A stretch of DNA of 39,397 nucleotides from an uncultured Clostridia bacterium. Its GTDB lineage: Bacteria > Bacillota > Clostridia > Christensenellales > CAG-1252. Of the stretch, positions 1 through 9,368 are shown piece after piece. The stretch is taken from assembly GCA_946648015.1 (NCBI GenBank), contig CAMPCZ010000003.1:1-39397 (forward strand), read 5' to 3'. Within the stretch, counting starts at the first letter, position 1. Every line of letters begins with the position of its first letter. The notes under the pieces are model-generated. The model was not told the DNA's origin and ran no database searches. It saw only the letters and a program-made list of their open reading frames with translations. The position numbers and the translations under genes are program-made.

Positions 1-46
1 TTGACAACCCTACAACAAGTCTTGCACCTCTTTCTACAAAACGGGG

Positions 47-75
47 TTGTTTTGAGGGTATGATTATGGTATAAT
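47..75 (+). promoter_or_regulatory. sigmaA-type extended -10 promoter of the NRPS operon
   Basis: TTGTTT (47-52), 17 bp spacer, TG-g-TATAAT (67-75); AAGGAG RBS before the ATG at 108. Confidence 0.6.
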
Positions 76-107
76 CATATTTGACCAACCGCCAAAGGAG
101 ATAAACA

Positions 108-3100
108 ATGAAAGATTACTACCCGCTATCCAAGACAGAAGAGGGCATATATGCGTCTTGTCTACGCCCGACCGACGCGTACAATTTGGCTCACGTCGTG
201 TGTTTGGGCCAATCCGTCGACGCCGAGGCGTTTGCCAACGCGGTATCCGCCGTGTTTGATAAGCACCCCTACTTGTTTAGCGTTCTCTTTGAGGGCGAGG
301 ACGGCACGATCTACAAAAAGATACGCACCAAAGAGATAGTTCTCCCCGTGATAGAGGCCGCTTCGCTCGACGTTCAGTCGCCGCCATACGAGATGTTGGA
401 GCACCATTTGTTCCGGGTGGCATTGTACCACGTCAAGGGCGAATATTGGTTCTATTTCGATTTTCATCATATTTTGTGCGACGGCACTTCCATCAAATTA
501 TTTGCGGACGAGGTCATGCGCGCCTACGAGGGCCAACTGCCGGACAAAGAAGCCTATGGCGCCAACGAATTTGCGCTGGAGGAGCGGCGCCGCTTGCAGA
601 CCAAAGCCTATCGGCAAGCCAAGGCCTTTTTTGACAAGGCGGTGGCCGAGCCCGAGACGGACAGCAACTTGGTGTATGACAAAAACGACGGCGCCGAGGC
701 CTACGCCCAAATGCGCTGTGAACTGACGGTAGCCGACGCCGACGTGAAGGCGTTGACCAAGCGCATAGGCGCCAAAACGTCCTCTTACTTTTTGGCGGCG
801 TTCGCGTTTTTGCTGTCCAAAATCAACAACGACGACAAAGCGCTGTTTCTCACCGTGCACAACGGTCGTACCCCCGCCGTGGCGGCGAGTATGGGAATGT
901 ACGTCAAGACGTTTCCGTTCTACCTACAACATTGCGAGCCGGTAGAGGACTATATCAAAGCGGCCAGCGATTATCTTGCGGGCAGCGCGCAAAACCTGCT
1001 GTATCCCTTCGTGGATATGAACAAAGATATGGGCTTGTCGGCGGGCGTCATGTTTGCCTACCAAGGCGACTATTTCTACAAAACCACGCTACGCGGCAAA
1101 ACGCTCTATATCAAGCAACTGCCGCGCAAAGACGGCAAGGGGCTGTTGAGCGTAGAGTTGCACCGCGACGAAGGGCGCTATTTTGCGGAGGTGGAGTACC
1201 GCAGCGACCTATACCACGAGCATACCATACGCCATCTGATGGGATTGTACGACGTGGCGTTGGGCGAGTTTTTGCGCCGCGAGCGTCTTGCCGACGTGGA
1301 CTTGGTCAACTCGCAGGAAAAAGATTTGTTGGACGGGTTTAACCGCACCGATTTGTCCTATATCGACCCCAATCGCACGGTGCTTTCGGCTTTTGCCGAT
1401 GCGGTGCGCCGTTGGCCCGACCACGACGCCGTGGTGTTTGGGGACAAGCACTACACCTATCGAGAGGTGGATTTACTATCCAATCGCATAGCCAACGAAT
1501 TGCACCGGTTGGGCGTGGGCCGAGAGGACAAAGTGTCGGTGCTCATCAACAAGTCCGAATACATTGTGATAGCCAGCCTCGGCGTGCTCAAGTCGGGCGC
1601 GGCCTATCAACCCCTCGACCCTACCTATCCCAAAGAGCGCCTGTCCTTTATGATAGCCGACGCCGCCGCCAAAGCGCTTATCAAAGATAGAGATCTGTCC
1701 GATCTGTTGGGCGACTACCAAGGCCCCGTGCTGTATACCGACGAGCTTGCTACGCTTCCCGACGTCTCCGCGCCGCAGGATGCGCCTCGGCCCGAAGATC
1801 TGTTTGTTATGCTCTACACCTCGGGCTCGACGGGTCTGCCCAAAGGCGTTATGCTGGAGCACCGCAACGTGTATGCCTTTGCTTGCTTCCACGCGCGTGC
1901 TTGCGGGGTGGACCATACGGCCAAGGTGTCGGCGTACGCATCCTATGGCTTCGACGCCGATATGCTCGATCTCTATCCCACCCTCATTGGGGGCGGAACG
2001 GTGTACGTTATCCCCAACGAGTTGCGGCTGGATCTGCTCAAATTGGGCGCGTACTTCGACCAAAACGGCATTACGCATGCCATGCTCACCACGCAAGTGG
2101 GGCGCCAATTCGCCGAAATGATAGAGCCCAAAACCTTGCGGATGCTAATGGTTGGCGGCGAAAAGCTGGTGCCGATAGACAAGCCCAAAACCTACGATCT
2201 GTACAATGCCTACGGCCCCACCGAGGGCACGGTCTATTGCACCATGCAGTTGGTGGATCGCCTATACTACCGTGTGCCCATAGGCAAAGCGTTGCCCACC
2301 TACAAAACCTACGTGCTGGACAAAAACGGCCGCCGCTTGCCATGCTTGGCCGAGGGCGAACTGTATATAGCCGGGCCCCAAGTGTCGCGCGGGTATCTCA
2401 ATAGGGACGAGGAAAACCGCAAGGCGTTTTTAGTTAATCCCTTCGACGACGACCCCGCTTTCGGCCGCCTATATCGCACGGGCGACGTAGTACGCTACCT
2501 TGCCGACGGCACCATAGACTTCATCGGGCGCAAGGACGGTCAGGTAAAAATCAGAGGATTTCGCGTGGAGTTGGCCGAGGTGGAGCAGGTCATACGCGAG
2601 TACGACGGCATCAAAGACGCCACCGTCAAGGACTTCACCGACCCCAACGGCGTCAAATACATCTGCGCCTACGTGGTGGCCGACCACGACGTGGACGTCG
2701 CCGCGCTCAACGCCTATGTGGGTGCCAAAAAGCCCCCCTATATGGTGCCCGCCTACACCATGCAAATAGACAAGATACCCCTCAACCAAAACCAAAAAGT
2801 CAACAAGAGGGCCTTGCCGCAACCCAAACTCAAAACGCAGGAAAAAGTGGCGCCCGCCACCCCCGCCGAGCAGCAAGTGTACGACGTGCTCAAAGGTATT
2901 TTGGGCAACGATTCTTTCGGCGTGACCACAGACCTTTACGAGGCGGGCCTCACCAGCGTGTCCTCCATACGGTTTGCCATATTGCTGTCCAAATTGTTTG
3001 GCAAAGACGTGGACAATGCCGATCTCAAACAAAACGCCACGGTGCGCGCTTTGGCCGAGCGCTTGTCGCAAAAAGAGGAGGCCAAAACCTACCAAATACA

Positions 3101-6100
3101 AGAGGAATACCCCATATCCAAAACACAAGAGGGCATCTTTGTGGAGTGCGCCGCACACCCCGGCACCACCAACTACAACATACCTATTTTGTTCAAAATG
3201 CCCGCCGATACCGACGTGGACAAGTTGCAGCGTGCGCTGGGTGAGGTGATAGACGCGCACTACTACCTCAAAACCACCCTCTATATGAATGCCGACGGCG
3301 ACATTCGTGCGCGCCGCCCGCATATGCCCGCCCAAGTGGACGTGCGGTCGGTGGCGGCTCTGCCTACCTTGGTGCGCCCCTTCGTGCTGCTGGATGCGCC
3401 CCTCTATCGCGCCGAGATCTATCGCACACCCCACGAGGTGTACTTATTTCTCGATTTTCACCATATCGTGTGCGACGGCACCAGCGAGGCCGTCATCCTC
3501 ACCGATTTGGGGCGAGCCTATATGGGCGAGCCTGTCCAAGCCGAAACCATATCGGGCTTTGAGGTGGCTCTTGCCGAGCGCGACGCGTTGCAGACCGATA
3601 GATTGGACAAGGCCAAGGCTTTCTATCAAGCCCTGCTACAAGACATCGACGGCGAGTACGTCATCAAAAAAGACCTCAAGGTACAGCCCCTATCCCGATT
3701 GCGTTCGGTGGACTATACGCTCGATCTGGACGCCGAAGCCCTATTCGCCTTTGCCGAGGCCAACAAGTTGACGTTGAACGGATACTTCAACTTTGCTTTT
3801 GCCTTTACGTTGTCCAAATTTCTCTACAAAAACGATAGCTTGTACACCACCATTTACAACGGCCGCAATTCTTCCAAATTGGCCGCGACCGTATCTATGT
3901 TGGTCAAGACGTTGCCCGTCTACATTCGCTACGAGGATAGCGACGCCGTGCTGGACAAATTGCACCAAACCAACGATTTGTTGCGCGATTTGCAGGCCAA
4001 CGATCTATATTCGTTTGCCGACGTGGCGCAAGCCTACGACGTTACGGCCGATATTATGTTTGCCTACCAAGGCGACGCGTTTGCGTTCGACCGCATTGGC
4101 GACGTGCCCGTGGAGTCGGTCCTTATCGAGTCGGAAACGCCCAAGAGCGCGTTTTCCATAGACGTCTTCCTCGAAAAAGGCCGTTTCCGCGCGCACTTCG
4201 AGTATGACGAGTCGATGTACAATGCCTCGACGGTGGCCTCGTTCTACCGCTTGTTCGGGCAAGTTTTGCGGGAACTGATGCACCGCCGCCTCGTGGGTGA
4301 TATCGATCTTTTGCCTGCCGAAGACAGGGCGATGTACGCCGCGTTTAACGATACGGCCGTCCAATTCGAGGACGTATCCTTCAACAAATTGATAGAAAAA
4401 CAAGCCCGTCTCAACCCCGACAAACTCGCCGTGGTGGGCGCGGATAGCCGCTATACCTATCGCCAATTCAACGCCGCCGCCAACCGCGTGGCGCACTCGC
4501 TATTGGCGGCCTCGGTATCGCTTGCCGACAAGGTGTTGATGATGATGCCCCGCGTGGCCGAGGCCTACGTCGTGCGGCAAGGCATCGTCAAATCGGGCGG
4601 CGCATTCGTACCCGTAGACCCCAAATATCCCGATGACCGCATAGAGTACATCGTGGCGGATTCGGGCGCAAAAGTGGTGCTGACCACAAGCCGGTTGGCG
4701 CAAGAAAAGCGCGCCCTTCTCGAGCGCGCCGACCTAAGGGTACTTACGGTAGAGGAATGCTTGGCTTGCCACAACGACGCCGACCTCGACTTGGATATAC
4801 CCACCTCGTCGCTGTGCTATATCATCTATACGTCCGGCTCCACCGGCAAGCCCAAGGGCGTGATGATCTCGCATCGCAACTTGGTCAACTATTGTGCGGA
4901 CGGCACCAACATAGGCACCAAGGTCTATCGTGATATAGCGGGCGGCGCCGTGTCCTGTTCGTTCGCTTCCTTCTCCTTCGACGCGTCCTTGCAGGAGGAA
5001 TGCGTGCCTTTGTCGCATGGTTACACCGCCGTTATCGCCACCGAGCAGGAGATAGAAAATCCGCTATTGCTTGCCGACACCTTGCGCCGCGAAAAGGTGA
5101 ACGTCATGTTTATGACGCCCTCGTTCGTATCCAACTTTATAGACGTCGCGCCCTTTGTGGACGCACTCAAGAATTTGCAAGCGTTGGATATGGGCGCCGA
5201 GGCAGTGCCCCAAGCGCTATGCCGAAAACTGCGCGATTTGGGCGTGACCGCCGCCATTTACAACGGCTATGGGCCCACCGAGACCACCATCACTTGCACC
5301 TACCACAAAGTGGAGGACGAATACGTTACCATAGGCAAGCCCTTTGCCAATACCGAGGCCTACATATTGGATAAGGCGGGGCATATATTGCCCATCAACG
5401 CCATAGGCGACCTGACCATAGCGGGCGAGGGCGTAGGCATAGGCTACTTGGGCCAAGCGGACAAGACCCGTGAAAGGTTTATTACCCTCAACGGCCGTCG
5501 CGCTTATCGCACGGGCGATTTGGCGCGCTACAACGGCGAGGGAAATATCGAATTTTTCGGCCGATTAGACAACCAAGTCAAGTTGCGCGGGTTGCGCGTG
5601 GAGTTGGACGAGATCGAAAACGTGTTGTCCACCTATCCCAACCTGTCGCGTTGCATAGTGTTGGTCAAGACCAATCGCACCGACGGCGACTTTTTGGCGG
5701 CCTACTACACCGCCCCCTACGAGATAGACCGCGAGGATCTTACCCGCCATTTGGCCAAGTCGCTCACCCCCTATATGATACCCAAAGTGCTGGTGCAGTT
5801 GGACAAAATGCCCCTCACCGCCAGCGGCAAGATAGACAAAAAGGCATTGCCCGACGTAGAGGTGGAGAAAGAGGCCAAACGGCATACCGCCGCCAAAAAC
5901 GAGTTGCAGCGCAAGCTGTGCGCCATCTTTGCCAAAGCGTTGGGGCTTGACGAAGTGGGCATAGACGAGGATTTCTTCGACTTGGGCGGCACGTCCTTGT
6001 CGGCGTCGAAGATAGCGATGTTGGCGTTGCAAGACAATTTGCCCATCGCCTACAAGGACGTATTCGACTATTCTACGGTGGCAGCCCTCGAGCGCCACGT

Positions 6101-7313
6101 CAAAGAGCAGTCGTCCACCGCCGCACCCGCGGAGCAGGAGGCAGTGGTGGTCAATTCGCTCGACTACAACACCGTGCGCTACGTGGACGGTGTGGAAGCG
6201 TCGCGCCCCCTCGGCCGCGTGTTGGTAACGGGTGCCAACGGCTTTTTGGGCATACACGTTTTGCGCGAGTTGCTCCGCCAAGGGCGGCAGGTCATCGCGC
6301 TGGTGCGTTCCTCTGCGGTGGATGCCACCACCCGACTCAAGAGTTTGCTCACCTACTATTTCGATTCGCCATTAGACGAGGAGGTGGCGCGATACGTTAC
6401 CGTGGTGGACTCGGATATCACCGACGTGCACCTGCCCGAAAAATTGGCGCCTCATGCCTTCGATACCATCATCAACTGCGCGGCGTTGGTCAAGCACTTT
6501 GCCGTGGACGACAGCATAGAGCGCGTCAACGTGGGCGGCGTCAAAAACCTGATAGCCATCGCCAAGGAGCGCGGCGTGCGCTTGGTGCAAATATCCACCT
6601 TGTCCGTAGCCGGCGAGAACGTGGACGGCAAGTTTGACGCTTCCTTCCGTATGAAGGAGAATATGCTCGACTTTGGGCAGGACATCTCCAACAAATACGT
6701 CCATTCCAAATTCAATGCCGAAAAGGCCGTGCTCTCGGCTGTGGACGAGGGGTTGGATGGCAAGGTGATACGCGTCGGCAACCTGATGAGCCGCGCCAGC
6801 GACGGCGAGTTTCAGGCCATCTCCATCACCAACGGCTTTTTGCGCGACCTCAAGGGCTATGCCACGCTGCATTGCTTCCCCGTCAATTCTATGGACGTGG
6901 CCATTGACTTTTCGCCCATCGACGAGGTGGCCAAGGCCGTGTTGTTGCTGTCCAGCACCCCGCGTCGCTACACGGTGTTTCATTGCGCCAACTCGCACCA
7001 GGTGCAAATGGGTGACATTGTGGCGGTGCTCAACGATATGGGCTATGGCATCGAGGTGGTGTCGGACGCGGCGTTTGCGCAGGCTATGCGCGCTATGATG
7101 GCGGACGAAACCAAAAATATGTTGGTGTCTTCGCTCATCAACTACGCCTCCAGCGACAACCACACCTATGCGTTTATTCTCACCGACAACGAGTTTAGCA
7201 ACAAGGCGCTGTATCACTTGGGGTACAAGTGGCCCATAACGGACGACGCCTATCTCAGGCAGGCCATCGAGTCGCTCGAGGGGCTCAACTTCTTCGTTAG
7301 GAGTGATATTTGA
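108..7313 (+). CDS. Bimodular non-ribosomal peptide synthetase with terminal thioester reductase (C-A-T-C-A-T-R)
   Basis: Two C domains (HHILCDG, HHIVCDG); two A domains (YTSGSTGLPKG/YTSGSTGKPKG, YGPTE, YRTGD, QVKIRGFRVEL/QVKLRGLRVEL); two carrier domains (EAGLTSV, DLGGTSL); C-terminal SDR-type reductase (VTGANGFLG, IST, YVHSK). Confidence 0.96.
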   Translation: MKDYYPLSKTEEGIYASCLRPTDAYNLAHVVCLGQSVDAEAFANAVSAVFDKHPYLFSVLFEGEDGTIYKKIRTKEIVLPVIEAASLDVQSPPYEMLEHHLFRVALYHVKGEYWFYFDFHHILCDGTSIKLFADEVMRAYEGQLPDKEAYGANEFALEERRRLQTKAYRQAKAFFDKAVAEPETDSNLVYDKNDGAEAYAQMRCELTVADADVKALTKRIGAKTSSYFLAAFAFLLSKINNDDKALFLTVHNGRTPAVAASMGMYVKTFPFYLQHCEPVEDYIKAASDYLAGSAQNLLYPFVDMNKDMGLSAGVMFAYQGDYFYKTTLRGKTLYIKQLPRKDGKGLLSVELHRDEGRYFAEVEYRSDLYHEHTIRHLMGLYDVALGEFLRRERLADVDLVNSQEKDLLDGFNRTDLSYIDPNRTVLSAFADAVRRWPDHDAVVFGDKHYTYREVDLLSNRIANELHRLGVGREDKVSVLINKSEYIVIASLGVLKSGAAYQPLDPTYPKERLSFMIADAAAKALIKDRDLSDLLGDYQGPVLYTDELATLPDVSAPQDAPRPEDLFVMLYTSGSTGLPKGVMLEHRNVYAFACFHARACGVDHTAKVSAYASYGFDADMLDLYPTLIGGGTVYVIPNELRLDLLKLGAYFDQNGITHAMLTTQVGRQFAEMIEPKTLRMLMVGGEKLVPIDKPKTYDLYNAYGPTEGTVYCTMQLVDRLYYRVPIGKALPTYKTYVLDKNGRRLPCLAEGELYIAGPQVSRGYLNRDEENRKAFLVNPFDDDPAFGRLYRTGDVVRYLADGTIDFIGRKDGQVKIRGFRVELAEVEQVIREYDGIKDATVKDFTDPNGVKYICAYVVADHDVDVAALNAYVGAKKPPYMVPAYTMQIDKIPLNQNQKVNKRALPQPKLKTQEKVAPATPAEQQVYDVLKGILGNDSFGVTTDLYEAGLTSVSSIRFAILLSKLFGKDVDNADLKQNATVRALAERLSQKEEAKTYQIQEEYPISKTQEGIFVECAAHPGTTNYNIPILFKMPADTDVDKLQRALGEVIDAHYYLKTTLYMNADGDIRARRPHMPAQVDVRSVAALPTLVRPFVLLDAPLYRAEIYRTPHEVYLFLDFHHIVCDGTSEAVILTDLGRAYMGEPVQAETISGFEVALAERDALQTDRLDKAKAFYQALLQDIDGEYVIKKDLKVQPLSRLRSVDYTLDLDAEALFAFAEANKLTLNGYFNFAFAFTLSKFLYKNDSLYTTIYNGRNSSKLAATVSMLVKTLPVYIRYEDSDAVLDKLHQTNDLLRDLQANDLYSFADVAQAYDVTADIMFAYQGDAFAFDRIGDVPVESVLIESETPKSAFSIDVFLEKGRFRAHFEYDESMYNASTVASFYRLFGQVLRELMHRRLVGDIDLLPAEDRAMYAAFNDTAVQFEDVSFNKLIEKQARLNPDKLAVVGADSRYTYRQFNAAANRVAHSLLAASVSLADKVLMMMPRVAEAYVVRQGIVKSGGAFVPVDPKYPDDRIEYIVADSGAKVVLTTSRLAQEKRALLERADLRVLTVEECLACHNDADLDLDIPTSSLCYIIYTSGSTGKPKGVMISHRNLVNYCADGTNIGTKVYRDIAGGAVSCSFASFSFDASLQEECVPLSHGYTAVIATEQEIENPLLLADTLRREKVNVMFMTPSFVSNFIDVAPFVDALKNLQALDMGAEAVPQALCRKLRDLGVTAAIYNGYGPTETTITCTYHKVEDEYVTIGKPFANTEAYILDKAGHILPINAIGDLTIAGEGVGIGYLGQADKTRERFITLNGRRAYRTGDLARYNGEGNIEFFGRLDNQVKLRGLRVELDEIENVLSTYPNLSRCIVLVKTNRTDGDFLAAYYTAPYEIDREDLTRHLAKSLTPYMIPKVLVQLDKMPLTASGKIDKKALPDVEVEKEAKRHTAAKNELQRKLCAIFAKALGLDEVGIDEDFFDLGGTSLSASKIAMLALQDNLPIAYKDVFDYSTVAALERHVKEQSSTAAPAEQEAVVVNSLDYNTVRYVDGVEASRPLGRVLVTGANGFLGIHVLRELLRQGRQVIALVRSSAVDATTRLKSLLTYYFDSPLDEEVARYVTVVDSDITDVHLPEKLAPHAFDTIINCAALVKHFAVDDSIERVNVGGVKNLIAIAKERGVRLVQISTLSVAGENVDGKFDASFRMKENMLDFGQDISNKYVHSKFNAEKAVLSAVDEGLDGKVIRVGNLMSRASDGEFQAISITNGFLRDLKGYATLHCFPVNSMDVAIDFSPIDEVAKAVLLLSSTPRRYTVFHCANSHQVQMGDIVAVLNDMGYGIEVVSDAAFAQAMRAMMADETKNMLVSSLINYASSDNHTYAFILTDNEFSNKALYHLGYKWPITDDAYLRQAIESLEGLNFFVRSDI

Positions 7314-9073
7314 TGAAACGCAATAGCAAACTGATCGACAAAAAGTTTTACCAATATCTATTGCCGTCGGTGCTGATGATATTCGCCATGCAATTCGGCT
7401 CGCTCATCGACGGCATATTGGTGGGCAATTTGTTGGGGCCGGACGCTTTGAGCGCGTCGTCTTTGGTGATGCCCGTACTCTACGTCATACAGTGCCCCGG
7501 CTTTGCCTTGAGCGTGGGCGGCTCCATTGCCATTGCCAATTTGTTGGGGCGCCGCAACGTAGAGCAGGCCAACAAGGTGTTTTCGCTCAGTTTGCTGGTT
7601 ACCTTGGGCGCGTCGGCGCTGTTTGCCGTGGCGGCGCCCTTTACGTCGGGGCCGCTTGCGCGCTTGTTTGCTCCCTCGCTATATGAGTATTCCTACCAAT
7701 ACATATTGGTGTATATGTTGCAAAATCCCGTGATGATGCTCGCTTTGGTTTTGGCGACGTTTATCTCCACCGACAACAACCCCAAACTGTCGGCCGCCTT
7801 TTACATCGTGGCCAATTTGGTCAAGATAGGGGTGGAAGTGCTGTTTATTCGTGTGTGCGGTATGGGTATGGTCGGCGCGGCGCTCTCCTCGGGCGTAGGC
7901 TATGCCGTGGGGCTTGTTACCGTGGTGTTTTATGCCCGTTCCAAAAAGAGAATGTTGCGCTACACCTGGCGCCTTCGCGGGGCGTGGGCCGACTTTAAGG
8001 ACGCCCTCAAGGCCTCGGTATCCACCGCGCTTACCTTGCTGCTTACCGCGGTGCAGACCCTTGTCATCAACGTGGTGCTGAGCCGTATGATCACGGCCGA
8101 GTTGGAGTTGGTCATATTTGGTTTGGTCAGCAACCTCATCTTCGTGTTCGACCTCTTTTCGGGCGGCATATTGGGGCTTATCCCCACTATATGCGGCGTG
8201 CTGTACGGCGAACGCGACGTATATTCGTTGCGCGCGGTAAGCAGCAAGATATACCTATTTAACCTCATCGTTACCGCCCTCATCACCGCCGTCATTATGG
8301 CGTGGCCAGAGGGGTATTCGGCGCTTTTTGGCTATGCGGGCGAAGATATGCGGCAGGTGGCGTACGTCTTGCGCATTTACCTGTTGTCCGCCATACCCCT
8401 CGAAGTCAACAAGTTTTCTACCAATTACTACCCCGCGGTCAACAAAAACTTGCCCGCCGTCGTCACCGTGTTGTTGCGCGAGGCCGTGTTTATCATACCC
8501 CTCACGTTGCTGTTGATGCGTGCGCAGGGCATTTTGGGCTATTCGCTTGCTCGCGTCATCACCGAGTACGCCACCGTGGTGGTGGTGTACGCACTGGTGT
8601 TTGTCTACGAGCGCCGCCACCGTGAGGTGCACGGCTTGTTTATGCTGGAGCGACCCGATATGAATACGTTTGACGTTTCGGTGGCCAACAAAGAGGAGGA
8701 GGCCGCCCAAGCGGCGAGGGAAGTGACGGAATTCGCCAAGGCGCACGACGTATCCAACCGCGATGCGCAGGTGTTGGGGTTTGCGTGCGAGGAGATGATC
8801 ACCAATATCATACGCTACGGCTACAAACGCCAATGCCCCAAGTCGATAGACGTCAACGTCAAGGTGGACGAGTCGCAGGTGCTGATGCGCATACGCGACG
8901 ACGGTATGCCCTTTGACCCCACCGAATACAAGTACGAAGAGAGCGAGCAATACCTTACCGGTGGCATTGCCATGATGTTGGGGTTGGTCGACGAAACGAG
9001 TTATATGCGGGTGCTCAATATGAACAACACCGTTTTCAAAATCAATATAGGAGAAAAAGTTTATGGAGATTAA
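7313..9073 (+). CDS. MATE-family efflux transporter fused to a C-terminal RsbW-like HATPase_c domain
   Basis: About 12 hydrophobic segments with MATE hallmarks (LIDGILVGNLLGPDALSA, GMGMVGAALS); soluble C-terminus with EEMITN, RIRDDGMPFDP and YMRVLNMNNT; ATG overlaps the NRPS stop (TGATG) with an AGGAG RBS. Confidence 0.88.
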   Translation: MKRNSKLIDKKFYQYLLPSVLMIFAMQFGSLIDGILVGNLLGPDALSASSLVMPVLYVIQCPGFALSVGGSIAIANLLGRRNVEQANKVFSLSLLVTLGASALFAVAAPFTSGPLARLFAPSLYEYSYQYILVYMLQNPVMMLALVLATFISTDNNPKLSAAFYIVANLVKIGVEVLFIRVCGMGMVGAALSSGVGYAVGLVTVVFYARSKKRMLRYTWRLRGAWADFKDALKASVSTALTLLLTAVQTLVINVVLSRMITAELELVIFGLVSNLIFVFDLFSGGILGLIPTICGVLYGERDVYSLRAVSSKIYLFNLIVTALITAVIMAWPEGYSALFGYAGEDMRQVAYVLRIYLLSAIPLEVNKFSTNYYPAVNKNLPAVVTVLLREAVFIIPLTLLLMRAQGILGYSLARVITEYATVVVVYALVFVYERRHREVHGLFMLERPDMNTFDVSVANKEEEAAQAAREVTEFAKAHDVSNRDAQVLGFACEEMITNIIRYGYKRQCPKSIDVNVKVDESQVLMRIRDDGMPFDPTEYKYEESEQYLTGGIAMMLGLVDETSYMRVLNMNNTVFKINIGEKVYGD

Positions 9074-9359
9074 CGTACAACACAACCAAGCAATGATCGT
9101 TACCGTCAAAGGTCGTCTGGATACCGTTACCTCGCGTGAGTTGGAGCCCGTGGTGCTGGGTCAAACCATTGCCGAGCCCACCGTCATCATCGACTTTGCC
9201 GAGGTGGAGTACATCTCGTCGGCGGGTCTACGCGTTTTGCTCAACCTCAAGCGTGAGTTGGACTCGGCGGGCAAGACCTTGGAGATACACAACATCAACG
9301 CCGTCGTGCGCGAAATATTCAGCGTAACAGGCTTCATCAACGCCCTCACCATCAAGTAG
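9063..9359 (+). CDS. STAS-domain anti-sigma factor antagonist (RsbV/SpoIIAA-like)
   Basis: 98 aa; GRLDT, DFAEVEYISSAGLRVLL (phosphoacceptor Ser motif), VREIFSVTGF; overlaps the MATE gene end; AGGAG RBS. Confidence 0.93.
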   Translation: MEINVQHNQAMIVTVKGRLDTVTSRELEPVVLGQTIAEPTVIIDFAEVEYISSAGLRVLLNLKRELDSAGKTLEIHNINAVVREIFSVTGFINALTIK

Positions 9360-9368
9360 CGGCAGGCT

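Noticed and set aside
4-50. CTACAA direct repeat (10-15, 34-39) and ACAACCC/GGGTTGT inverted repeat upstream of the NRPS promoter as a LytTR site or operator
   Set aside because: Short, 24-bp period does not fit LytTR geometry, and context is cut off by the window edge
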